Below the pieces are notes generated by a model, which worked only from the letters and a program-made list of their open reading frames with translations, searched no databases and had not been told where the DNA came from. Below, piece by piece: positions 38,241 through 46,723 of a stretch of DNA of 64,000 nt (position 1 is the stretch's first letter; each line of letters begins with the position of its first letter). The position numbers and the translations under genes are program-made. The DNA is from a virus. Where the stretch lies: positions 32,001 through 96,000 of the IMG/VR virus record IMGVR_UViG_3300034683_000041; one strand, 5' to 3'.

Positions 38241-38711
38241 TCAAACAACAAATGTATTGAGTTCTGTGTCCGGAGTATTTTTGAGATCGTCTTCTCTAGA
38301 TCGTTGCCAACCAAATGCCAGTTGCAGATGTTCGTTGAGTGCCAGAAATACTTTATCAAACAAAGGTTTATCCATTGTAACCCATACACCATCGCTGGCT
38401 TTCCAGTCTTGGATCACCGTTTCAGGATTGTCAGCGAATACCTTCGTTAGTAATGTGTAGGATGCACGAGCACTCTGATCACTGTCCCACAACTTACCGG
38501 CATACAGGAATCCACTATCCCGAAGTTCATTCTTCTGAATAGCTATCTCATTTAAGATAGACTCTCTGGTTCTTAACCAGGTACCTTCCGTCGTGAGTAT
38601 ATAGTTTTCTCCAGGACAATCTTCTTGTACATGAATGTATCCTTCTGGAGCAAACTTCTGTTTAGCACAGTACACCACGTTAGAAGTTCCCACTTGCGCA
38701 AAGATAAGCAT
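38241..38711 (-). CDS. DUF4376-like tail fibre accessory protein
   Basis: GFLYAGKLWDSDQSA...WKASDGVWVTM pattern, directly after the fibre gene. Confidence 0.7.
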   Translation of the reverse strand: MLIFAQVGTSNVVYCAKQKFAPEGYIHVQEDCPGENYILTTEGTWLRTRESILNEIAIQKNELRDSGFLYAGKLWDSDQSARASYTLLTKVFADNPETVIQDWKASDGVWVTMDKPLFDKVFLALNEHLQLAFGWQRSREDDLKNTPDTELNTFVV

Positions 38712-40001
38712 CTAGCTCCTCCTAACGATGACTGGAGTTGTACCAACCGTCAGTCCTGAGATCGTTTCAAGATCCGATGTTTTAACAATGCCGTCTTGAG
38801 TAGCTTGGACATTCCATCCACCATACGGGTTATCGATAATTGTACCGTCTGCAGGAACAACAAATCTATCTGAAGTAGCGTAAGAATAAATGTCTACGAT
38901 GTTACCAGCATCATACTCAATAAATCCAATATAAACTCTTCGTATTTCATTATCTGCAGTATCCAACATCTTTTTAGATAATGGCATGTACAGATCTGTG
39001 AGAGGATTCTGACCTACTGGTCTTGTCTCTTCAACAACAAATCCATAGGTGTTAACACCAAATCCAGACACTGAGCCAGAGGCAGCAATATCAACATACA
39101 CATAGTTCTTGCCTTCGACCAGATCAGCGGTATTGATGTATCCAAGAGTATCCATAGCTGCAGATAACTTGGTAAGCGTATCTTCAACATAAGCTACTCT
39201 TAGTTTATCACTGATAGCAATCTGACCAGCTGAAGCTTCAGCAAATGAAATGTTGATGTGGCCTATAGCTACATAATGGTAGTCTGAAGTAACTCCATGT
39301 AATCTCAAACAACGGAAATCAAGTTTTCTTCCTCTAGAACCGTTGAGTTCGGTGATGATGATAGACGAGGTCTGACTTGCCGGGGCAACATCATTCATTT
39401 CGTATACAAGAACTCCGTCCAGTAACAGTTGTAACTTCTTAGGAAATAAACCTAACCAGATATGGATATCTCTCGGGAAAAGTTCGATATCGCCAAGAGT
39501 ACGATCTTGACCAAAGTCTATAGATAGTGTCTGATCTCCAACACCATTTATGAACGTATTTCTCTGACTACACCAACAATTCAGTCGGTTATCTGCTACT
39601 TCAGAGAAAGTTTTCCAGTTCTGAAGTCTAGGTACTTCATAGTCGGATGTAGAAGATGCCACCATTCCATAGGAGTTACTAGATGTGAAATCCGGAAGTT
39701 CTCTTCCCAGGATAGTGATAGGAGTCGCATCGAATATGGCTGGATCATACCCCACAGGAACATTTCCAAGTGCTGTATACGCAATGCTCTGTGGAAGTAA
39801 TCCCATGTCTCTGACAGTAGATGTGCATTCAGGTAAATTGCCCCAAGTATTTATACCATCGCCTATCTTTAAAGTTCGTTCTCCGTTGAGGTGTACAACT
39901 TGATGGATACGTCCAAGAGGTACCGGGTCATCTCCATAAGTTTCAGACCAAGCCGTATCAGTATCACTGCCTATGTGGATATGTCCATGTATACTTTTCA
40001 T
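38712..40001 (-). CDS. Tail fibre / receptor-binding protein with a discoidin (F5/8C)-like domain
   Basis: N-terminal LKIGDGINTWGNLP; central ASST...W...LSIDFG...IELFPR...FPKKLQL. Confidence 0.65.
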   Translation of the reverse strand: MKSIHGHIHIGSDTDTAWSETYGDDPVPLGRIHQVVHLNGERTLKIGDGINTWGNLPECTSTVRDMGLLPQSIAYTALGNVPVGYDPAIFDATPITILGRELPDFTSSNSYGMVASSTSDYEVPRLQNWKTFSEVADNRLNCWCSQRNTFINGVGDQTLSIDFGQDRTLGDIELFPRDIHIWLGLFPKKLQLLLDGVLVYEMNDVAPASQTSSIIITELNGSRGRKLDFRCLRLHGVTSDYHYVAIGHINISFAEASAGQIAISDKLRVAYVEDTLTKLSAAMDTLGYINTADLVEGKNYVYVDIAASGSVSGFGVNTYGFVVEETRPVGQNPLTDLYMPLSKKMLDTADNEIRRVYIGFIEYDAGNIVDIYSYATSDRFVVPADGTIIDNPYGGWNVQATQDGIVKTSDLETISGLTVGTTPVIVRRS

Positions 40002-40065
40002 GATAAAACAACTCCCAAGTTAAATCGGATACATAAAATACCCTTAAACTACACAATTTTACAAG

Positions 40066-40105
40066 AGTAACTATAGTGACCCCAAACAGGGTCACTATAG
40101 TTACT
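40066..40105 (-). terminator. Long perfect stem-loop
   Basis: agtaactatagtgaccc/gggtcactatagttact, 17 bp. Confidence 0.7.
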
Positions 40106-40143
40106 TTGGGTATATGGAGAACTCACCCATTCTCCACGAATAC

Positions 40144-40962
40144 CTATCGATCATTCCCATGATCTACTACTTCCCGATCAGAACGAATCGAGAAAGCTCC
40201 ACAAGTAAAAGTTTCACCTTCAGGACAATGTCCCAATTGGACACACTTAGGTCCAGCATTAGCGAAGATGACAGGATAATAGCGTTTTGCTATAGACAGC
40301 ATCTGACGAGCCACATCACGGATTTCCCATTGGGCACGAGTGCAACATCTTTCTGCAAAAAAGTGCATAAGAGCTCTCAAGTTCATCGTTGTAGTGATAC
40401 TTGAAGCAGCAGCTTGAGGGGTAATGTAACGGGAGTCTTCAGCTTTTACGTCATTGTTGATAAAAAACCTATAAGTTTCCTCAACATGTTCCATAAGCGA
40501 AACAAACCGTTCGTACACTTCAGGATTCTCATGATTCATTATACTGGAAGGAACGATTGTAGCGATATGATGGAACTTAACATATCGCTGACTTTGCTGC
40601 GAATATGAAGCTAACCTGTGTCTCACCAGTTGATGAGTCATGGCACGAGATACATTCTGTATACTGAATGTCATAGTGACATGCTCTATAGGAGACTGAT
40701 GACTACTAGATTGCATCTTCAAAAGAAACTTCTGTGCAGCTTCATACGCATCAGCAGTTCGTGCATCAAGTTCTAGCTTACTAAGACTTGCAGCATCAAG
40801 GTCATTAGTAAGTTTCAAGATGTCCCGGATAGAAGTATCTTCGGAGTAACATTGTCGATATCCTAAGAACACTTTAAGAAGGTTAAGCCGAGATTGGATA
40901 AGAGCATATTCGGGACAAATTGTTTCTTCAAAATACTCTACGTTTGCTTTAACTGGGTACAT
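40144..40962 (-). CDS. thyX: Flavin-dependent thymidylate synthase
   Basis: HQSPIEH, HQLVRHRLASYSQQSQRY (RHRx7SxR) and AQWEIR. Confidence 0.95.
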   Translation of the reverse strand: MYPVKANVEYFEETICPEYALIQSRLNLLKVFLGYRQCYSEDTSIRDILKLTNDLDAASLSKLELDARTADAYEAAQKFLLKMQSSSHQSPIEHVTMTFSIQNVSRAMTHQLVRHRLASYSQQSQRYVKFHHIATIVPSSIMNHENPEVYERFVSLMEHVEETYRFFINNDVKAEDSRYITPQAAASSITTTMNLRALMHFFAERCCTRAQWEIRDVARQMLSIAKRYYPVIFANAGPKCVQLGHCPEGETFTCGAFSIRSDREVVDHGNDR

Positions 40963-41174
40963 GTCACATTTACCTGTACAGATTGATCATCTAACATCTC
41001 CTTATACCAGGATGGTTATCAACCCCATGTTGACATGGGATGTTCCATATACGTTAAAAGTTACATCCTCCATTCGTTATTCAGATCTACTCATGAAGAG
41101 TAGTCTGATACATAACATATACATGGCACCAGATGGTACCGTAACGTTGATCGTTGTGTGAGGTTCTTGTTCCA

Positions 41175-41650
41175 TACGTTCTCTACTTACCTTACGAGTA
41201 GAGAACGTAAGTTCTACTACTAGTGGAAATTCAGTTCACTCTACGCAACTATCCCCATAGGGGAGGATAGTTGCGTCCATATCGTTCTCTACCCCCTATG
41301 GGGGAGGATACGGAGTCTAGCACATGTGTGTGTCAAGTGTAGGACACACACATGCTTCTCGTTCTTGTCTATCAAGACAAGATGCGTAGAGTCTCGTTCA
41401 CTCTTCTCTACTTACCTGTATGTATGTGTTGTACTCACATCTCACGTATAGATACACTTCTCTCTCAGTGTATCTATACTCTACTTATACTTATTTATAT
41501 ACATACATAACCCCAGCCCTGCCTCACGGGGGTGAGATCTAGTCATTTTATAATTACAGTGGTAATTTTTTACCACTTTTAGACTTATAAATTACCACTA
41601 TTTAAATATAATATTTATATATACCAATCTTTTGGTATATGTTGATTATT
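41175..41650. repeat. Non-coding cluster of inverted and direct repeats followed by an AT-rich tract (candidate origin, packaging site or ncRNA)
   Basis: At least six hairpins, a 14-bp direct repeat ttctctacttacct (41179, 41404), ggggaggata twice and gttcactct twice; lies between divergent gene blocks. Confidence 0.7.
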
Positions 41651-41693
41651 TCCTTCGAATTCAATACTATGCAATTGATCCCGGAGGTACTAA

Positions 41694-42722
41694 ATGGATT
41701 ACCAAAGTAAAATACAACAACTTAGATCCGTGTCTCCTACAGTAGACGAATATATCTCCAAAGGAGGATATTTAGTAGGAGTAGAAGATCCTGAAAGTGT
41801 CACAGATAGAGAAGTTCTTTTGTCGTGCTATCTTCTTCTTATAAATGAACTTCGTCAGATCGGAGTGAACTTCATTGGGGAGTTGGATGAGATATTGTCC
41901 GATTTCTGGACAGCTGAAGGTCTACTGCAGTTGAGACAAGTTCTTGACCACGAATATTTATCTTCTCAGTTCAGTAATGACCAAGACCTCAAGTTAAACT
42001 TGGACGCATACATCAATGACTCGTATGTCCCTGAAATAGAAAAACTGGAACGAGTCCTTGTTGAAGTTTTAAAAGAAAAGATCATTTCTCCCAAATATCA
42101 ACAATTGTTTCAGGTGTATGGGCACTTTACTACGAATACGATATTTGATGATTATATCAATTATCTCTTAGAGAGTGCTGAGATTAAATTCGATGTGACT
42201 GCTACTGTAGAAGAACAGGCTGAGCTTATTAAGATAGTTCAGCAAAGTAGAGAGTTCTTTAAAGCCGCTATGAGCTTTTTGATCAAAGTCCGTCCTGATC
42301 TTGATAAAGAAAAGATACTGCACAGCGTACTTGATTATGATCTTGATAAGCTTCAGGTAGACGTACTTGATCAGATGGTATTTGCTATGCTGCGAGCTAA
42401 AGACGCAACTGATGCGTTGTCTGTCAAGATACGAGATGAGATATTGTTAAATCACCATCAAACTGCACGACATCACATCGAGTATTATGAGTATAGAAAC
42501 ACTCCTCCTGATCAGTATGACTTGATACAACTACTTGGACATTTTGTAGAACCTGGATCTACAAAAGAAGAATTTACTAAAGAAGTCGAAGTTCTTCTAA
42601 ATCATCCCATAGTTCGTAAAGAAGATCATGGATATATACACAGATTGAGTGCTGCTCTGATAGAGATCTATGATGATGCGAACTTCCACATCCTTCAGAA
42701 CAAATCGGTCAATGGGAAATAA
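41694..42722 (+). CDS. Hypothetical protein coupled to the virion RNAP beta' fragment
   Basis: GGAGG RBS; TATG at 41668-41671; C-terminal HHxxxxHHxxYY cluster. Confidence 0.65.
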   Translation: MDYQSKIQQLRSVSPTVDEYISKGGYLVGVEDPESVTDREVLLSCYLLLINELRQIGVNFIGELDEILSDFWTAEGLLQLRQVLDHEYLSSQFSNDQDLKLNLDAYINDSYVPEIEKLERVLVEVLKEKIISPKYQQLFQVYGHFTTNTIFDDYINYLLESAEIKFDVTATVEEQAELIKIVQQSREFFKAAMSFLIKVRPDLDKEKILHSVLDYDLDKLQVDVLDQMVFAMLRAKDATDALSVKIRDEILLNHHQTARHHIEYYEYRNTPPDQYDLIQLLGHFVEPGSTKEEFTKEVEVLLNHPIVRKEDHGYIHRLSAALIEIYDDANFHILQNKSVNGK

Positions 42723-44100
42723 TCACATGCAGAACGAAAATATCATCCGCTGGTTGACTGACCCTATGCGTCGAGCTTCAATATGTACAAGAAGAGCACT
42801 TCTTTTGCTTGTGTCTTCTGTAGAAGTTGAACGTATACCTGATTTTGAAGAAGAACCAACTAGAGATCAAATACTTATCCGATCTGTGGACAGTGCAGTA
42901 GAACACAAACTTAAAACTTCTACTCAGTACGTACTGCAACGAGACACTAAGCATGTGTATGCGTTGAACTACCTACATGGACGCCAAGAGATGCAATACA
43001 TTTGTCTTGGTCCAGTAGGAGCAGCGCCTCTTCATATCTACGAAAAATTCATGTTAAAATCTGGCATGATAGAGAATTATGATGGTCCCCCTATAGAGAC
43101 CACGTATGGTAGATACATCTCCAATTATCTCTTATTGGCAAATCCGTTCGGTTCGATGTTTCCGTATATCAATGATGTTTTCAAATTCAGCAACATAGAG
43201 AATAATGCTGCTAAATTGGCTCTACAAGGAAAGCTTACTACTAATGAACTTTCCAGATATATGGATAATGCATTTTTCATGTCGATGTTAGCAGAGATCT
43301 GTGTACCGATATTTTCTCAAAGAGCATTGACTCCAAACCCAGAGATAGCTAAACGAAAAGCTGAGCTTCTTAAAAAGTACGAAGATGAGCTTAAAACTGG
43401 GGATACCGCCATCGCAGTCAAAATAGAAGACGAACTCATCGAGATGGATAAACAGTACCTTAAAGGAGATCCTTCAGATGGGTTTTATTCTTCTGCAGGT
43501 AAGAAATATAACGTACACAGAAAATCACAATATCTTGCATTAGGACTTGTTGAAAAATTCCAACAAGAACGAGGTCAGTATACGTTCCTTGAAACTGCAC
43601 TGATAGATGGATGGAAACCTGAAGAGTTCGCTGACATCTGTTCTAACGCTCGACAAGGGAGTTATCGTCGAGGTATAGAAACAGAACAAGGTGGAGTACA
43701 AACAAAATATCTGTTAAGAACTCTTCAGAATCTCGAATTGACTGAAGAAGACTGCGGATCTAAAACTACATATACCGTTCTATTGACTAAAGAAAACATC
43801 GAGGATCACATTGGATACTATGTAACCTCTGGCCCAAAGAGCAATGTCTATCTCGACGATACGAATAAATCTGAGTTCATTGGATCTACTGTCCAGCTCA
43901 GAACTCCTATGGGATGTAAAACTAAAAACGGATATTGCTATCGCTGCACTGGGCAGATATACAAAACTCTAGGAGTTAAAGAGGTTGGTCCTCGTGGACT
44001 GGAAATCGGTGCAGCATTCTTGACAGCTTCATTGAAAGCCATGCACGGTATAAAACTGTCCAGTATGGACATAAGCGACATCGACAATTATACTTTATAA
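42712..44100 (+). CDS. Virion RNA polymerase beta' fragment (phiKZ gp80-like)
   Basis: Bridge-helix-like ARQGSYRRGIETEQGGVQTKYL, EEDCGS, LRTPMGC...CYRCTG zinc site and trigger-loop-like LKAMHG. Start is 42712 or 42727. Confidence 0.85.
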   Translation: MGNNHMQNENIIRWLTDPMRRASICTRRALLLLVSSVEVERIPDFEEEPTRDQILIRSVDSAVEHKLKTSTQYVLQRDTKHVYALNYLHGRQEMQYICLGPVGAAPLHIYEKFMLKSGMIENYDGPPIETTYGRYISNYLLLANPFGSMFPYINDVFKFSNIENNAAKLALQGKLTTNELSRYMDNAFFMSMLAEICVPIFSQRALTPNPEIAKRKAELLKKYEDELKTGDTAIAVKIEDELIEMDKQYLKGDPSDGFYSSAGKKYNVHRKSQYLALGLVEKFQQERGQYTFLETALIDGWKPEEFADICSNARQGSYRRGIETEQGGVQTKYLLRTLQNLELTEEDCGSKTTYTVLLTKENIEDHIGYYVTSGPKSNVYLDDTNKSEFIGSTVQLRTPMGCKTKNGYCYRCTGQIYKTLGVKEVGPRGLEIGAAFLTASLKAMHGIKLSSMDISDIDNYTL

Positions 44101-44110
44101 GGAGAACTTT

Positions 44111-44731
44111 ATGTCGAATCCTAAAACTATCTCTCCGGAACAAGCTGCTACTGTAAAACCTGTCGTAGTAAAACCGGCTGCAGTAGAGGCTAAACCGGAT
44201 CCCAAATCGGAAGTAAAAACAGAAACCAAAGCGGAATCTAAACCTGCTCCGGAACAGGAACAAAAATCTGGTCAGGAAAACACCACCAAAATTACCCCTC
44301 AGGTTCAGAATCGAGTACAGGAAGCTAAGCCTGTAGTATCCCCTACTCCTGAACCGGAAAAGACTCTGACCACTAGTCAGAAGAAATTTAATGAAGAAAT
44401 AGCTAGCATAACCGAAGAACAGAAAAAAGTTCTTCCTGATGTTAAGATCATTCGTGCTCGCATGACGAGCATTTTACGAACTATCGTGGAAAATCCCGAT
44501 ACCGAATGGTTCGTTCGCAGGTGGATCGCTGAAGTTAAGAAATCCCCTAAACTTCTTCTTCGTCCCGATAGAATCATAGTCACGGAACAGAACCAGTATG
44601 TCTTTGAGAAAATATTTGTTTTGCACTCTTTGATTTACAATAAGGTAAGTTCAAATACCGAACTCAATTGGGACTATGCTGTTTCTATACTTGGAGAAAC
44701 TGCACTGTTGCGATTTTTAAAGAAAAGATAA
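44111..44731 (+). CDS. Hypothetical protein with a P/E/K/T-rich disordered N-terminus
   Basis: TAAGGAG RBS; hairpin 44742-44780 after the stop. Confidence 0.7.
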   Translation: MSNPKTISPEQAATVKPVVVKPAAVEAKPDPKSEVKTETKAESKPAPEQEQKSGQENTTKITPQVQNRVQEAKPVVSPTPEPEKTLTTSQKKFNEEIASITEEQKKVLPDVKIIRARMTSILRTIVENPDTEWFVRRWIAEVKKSPKLLLRPDRIIVTEQNQYVFEKIFVLHSLIYNKVSSNTELNWDYAVSILGETALLRFLKKR

Positions 44732-44789
44732 CGTGGTTAATACATGTAAGAGACCACCTGTGTCGGTGGTCTCTTACATGCTGGGGGAG

Positions 44790-45335
44790 ATGGTGGTTAA
44801 TAAATACACACTTAGCGACGTCGTATTGGGTGTATGCTACATCTTAGATAAATACAACATAAAAGTCACTGTTTCGAATATTGAACTTGCGATGTTTTAT
44901 CTTAAACGATCCGGCATAGATGTCGAATGCGAATTCACTTTCATGGGAATGTTTCCTAAATCTCGAACATTGATAAATACACTCATGACGTTGTCCCAAC
45001 AAAAAAGATTGGTGTGCAATTTAGAATCTAAATTTTGTTGCGTCAATCCTTGTGAATATACAGATCACATTGTGGAGCTAGCGACATCCGAGATACTCCC
45101 TACTGCACTTGATTTGTTTGTTTATTTGATGGAACATCAAGACAATCCAGATCTAATGCTGTCAAAGATAATGTATGTCATTCATTTACGAGATACGCTT
45201 AGAACGGAAAATAAAAGTGATAACATTGCAAGTGTCTGGATAAACCTGTGGAATTCCGGATATGTCACGCATCAGTATAAAGAGTTTAAAGAAATATACG
45301 ATTGGATAGATACCACGGATCTTTATAAAAACTAA
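44790..45335 (+). CDS. Hypothetical protein
   Basis: GGGGGAG RBS after the hairpin; possible winged-helix. Terminator at 45345-45376. Confidence 0.55.
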   Translation: MVVNKYTLSDVVLGVCYILDKYNIKVTVSNIELAMFYLKRSGIDVECEFTFMGMFPKSRTLINTLMTLSQQKRLVCNLESKFCCVNPCEYTDHIVELATSEILPTALDLFVYLMEHQDNPDLMLSKIMYVIHLRDTLRTENKSDNIASVWINLWNSGYVTHQYKEFKEIYDWIDTTDLYKN

Positions 45336-45503
45336 ACGTACACGGAAGAGAACTGGTCTTACGACCAGTTCTCTTCGTGTTGGAACACATCACTACAATA
45401 AGGAGATACTCGGAGAAGATATGTTCGTGATTTGTACCTTACACGAACCTTCGGGGACCAATCGAAAATCTTCTACCGCATACAATGCTGCAGTAGAATA
45501 AAA

Positions 45504-46031
45504 TTACTTAGGTTCAGATATTCCGTTTTCACTAAAGTCAAACGGATCAGACCGCAATTCGGTATCTGGTATCTCAAGATCAAGTTCTGCACAAGCTTTG
45601 GAGATCTCTCGTTCAGCTTCTTCCAATTGTGTTTTGTCAGTTGTACCATGTCGTCGTAAAGAAATTTCTCTAAGTACAGCGACTGCTGCTTTGCCAGTTT
45701 CTTTAGCATCTTCGTTAGTTTTATATTTCAAACGATAATTGATTCTCTGACCCATACTTTTCTCTCTAGAATCAATAGCATGCAATAATTTATCAACAAG
45801 GGCAAGTCTAGAACTCGCAAGCTCAGGATCGACATTATTAATCTTAAGATCGATAGTTTCTACAGCTTCAGCAAGTCTACCGATTATTTCGTTACGTATG
45901 ACTGCAGTTTCATTAGCAGTTTCATCATACTTGTCCAATAATTTTGGTATGTCGGGAGATCCGTATTCCAAATCAATATAATCGGAAGCTGCTTCGGCTT
46001 TGGCTTTGGCAATGGCATCTTTTATGTTCAT
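45504..46031 (-). CDS. Hypothetical helical protein
   Basis: GAAGGTG RBS before ATG 46031. Confidence 0.6.
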   Translation of the reverse strand: MNIKDAIAKAKAEAASDYIDLEYGSPDIPKLLDKYDETANETAVIRNEIIGRLAEAVETIDLKINNVDPELASSRLALVDKLLHAIDSREKSMGQRINYRLKYKTNEDAKETGKAAVAVLREISLRRHGTTDKTQLEEAEREISKACAELDLEIPDTELRSDPFDFSENGISEPK

Positions 46032-46125
46032 GGGTATCACCTTCACAAGTAAAAATTAATACTGTAGCATAGCATGTATAATTTTAATTTCACTTATATA
46101 GATGCTTATCAAAAATTTTTAGGAC

Positions 46126-46133
46126 TATATTAC
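46126..46133 (+). promoter_or_regulatory. Early promoter core TATATTAC
   Basis: Exact motif, intergenic. Confidence 0.65.
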
Positions 46134-46200
46134 AAATTTAGATGTAGAATCTGGGCCTTCTATATTGACAATTCATCACGTAACATTAAAGGAGACATCA

Positions 46201-46503
46201 ATGTCTGGGAGAATTTACTCTAGAAAACCGAAAACCCCTTGGAAGATATCCCTCGAGTTCGATGCCAATTCTAAAGTCTATTCATTTGCTGAAATTAACG
46301 ACACAGCTCAGGAAAGAATGTTGAAGTTAATGAACTTACTTGACATTCGCATCGGTATGCAAGAGCCTCTTCTGAAAGTAAAAATCAAGTACCTTTCTGA
46401 CAAAGGTGAGCATCCCGGAGAGTACTTCCCACTGGATCGCTTACCGGATGCTGGTTCTCAGGTTACAATTCCCGGATATTGTGAGATCGTAAGGAAAGTA
46501 TAA
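46201..46503 (+). CDS. Small early hypothetical protein
   Basis: AAGGAG RBS; monocistronic between the promoter and hairpin 46510-46543. Confidence 0.65.
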   Translation: MSGRIYSRKPKTPWKISLEFDANSKVYSFAEINDTAQERMLKLMNLLDIRIGMQEPLLKVKIKYLSDKGEHPGEYFPLDRLPDAGSQVTIPGYCEIVRKV

Positions 46504-46586
46504 CGTTCTGTAAGGAGTAGACCAATATTGGTCTACTCCTTACTTTAGGAAATATTTTTTTTTAAATTTGAAGATTAAAATACGCA

Positions 46587-46594
46587 TATATTAC
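46587..46594 (+). promoter_or_regulatory. Early promoter core TATATTAC upstream of the gyrB-like gene
   Basis: Exact motif, intergenic. Confidence 0.65.
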
Positions 46595-46723
46595 TAAATT
46601 GATCTGAGGAAGTAGTAATAAGTCACCGTTGTTGAACTCTATATGTAGACACGAGATGCCCTTCCTTGCTAGTGGATTTTGTTGTCTACTCAAAAGTGTA
46701 ACCAACATGTAGCTAAAGGACAG

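Noticed and set aside
2311-40001. Diversity-generating retroelement acting on the Mtd-like or TSP1 genes
   Set aside because: No reverse transcriptase, and I saw no template/variable repeat pair differing at adenines in this window.
40961-41161. 66-aa plus-strand ORF
   Set aside because: Its start overlaps the thyX start head-to-head, and it has no RBS or recognisable features.
41175-41540. CRISPR array
   Set aside because: The repeats are short, irregularly spaced and mostly inverted; there is no constant repeat-spacer period and no cas gene.
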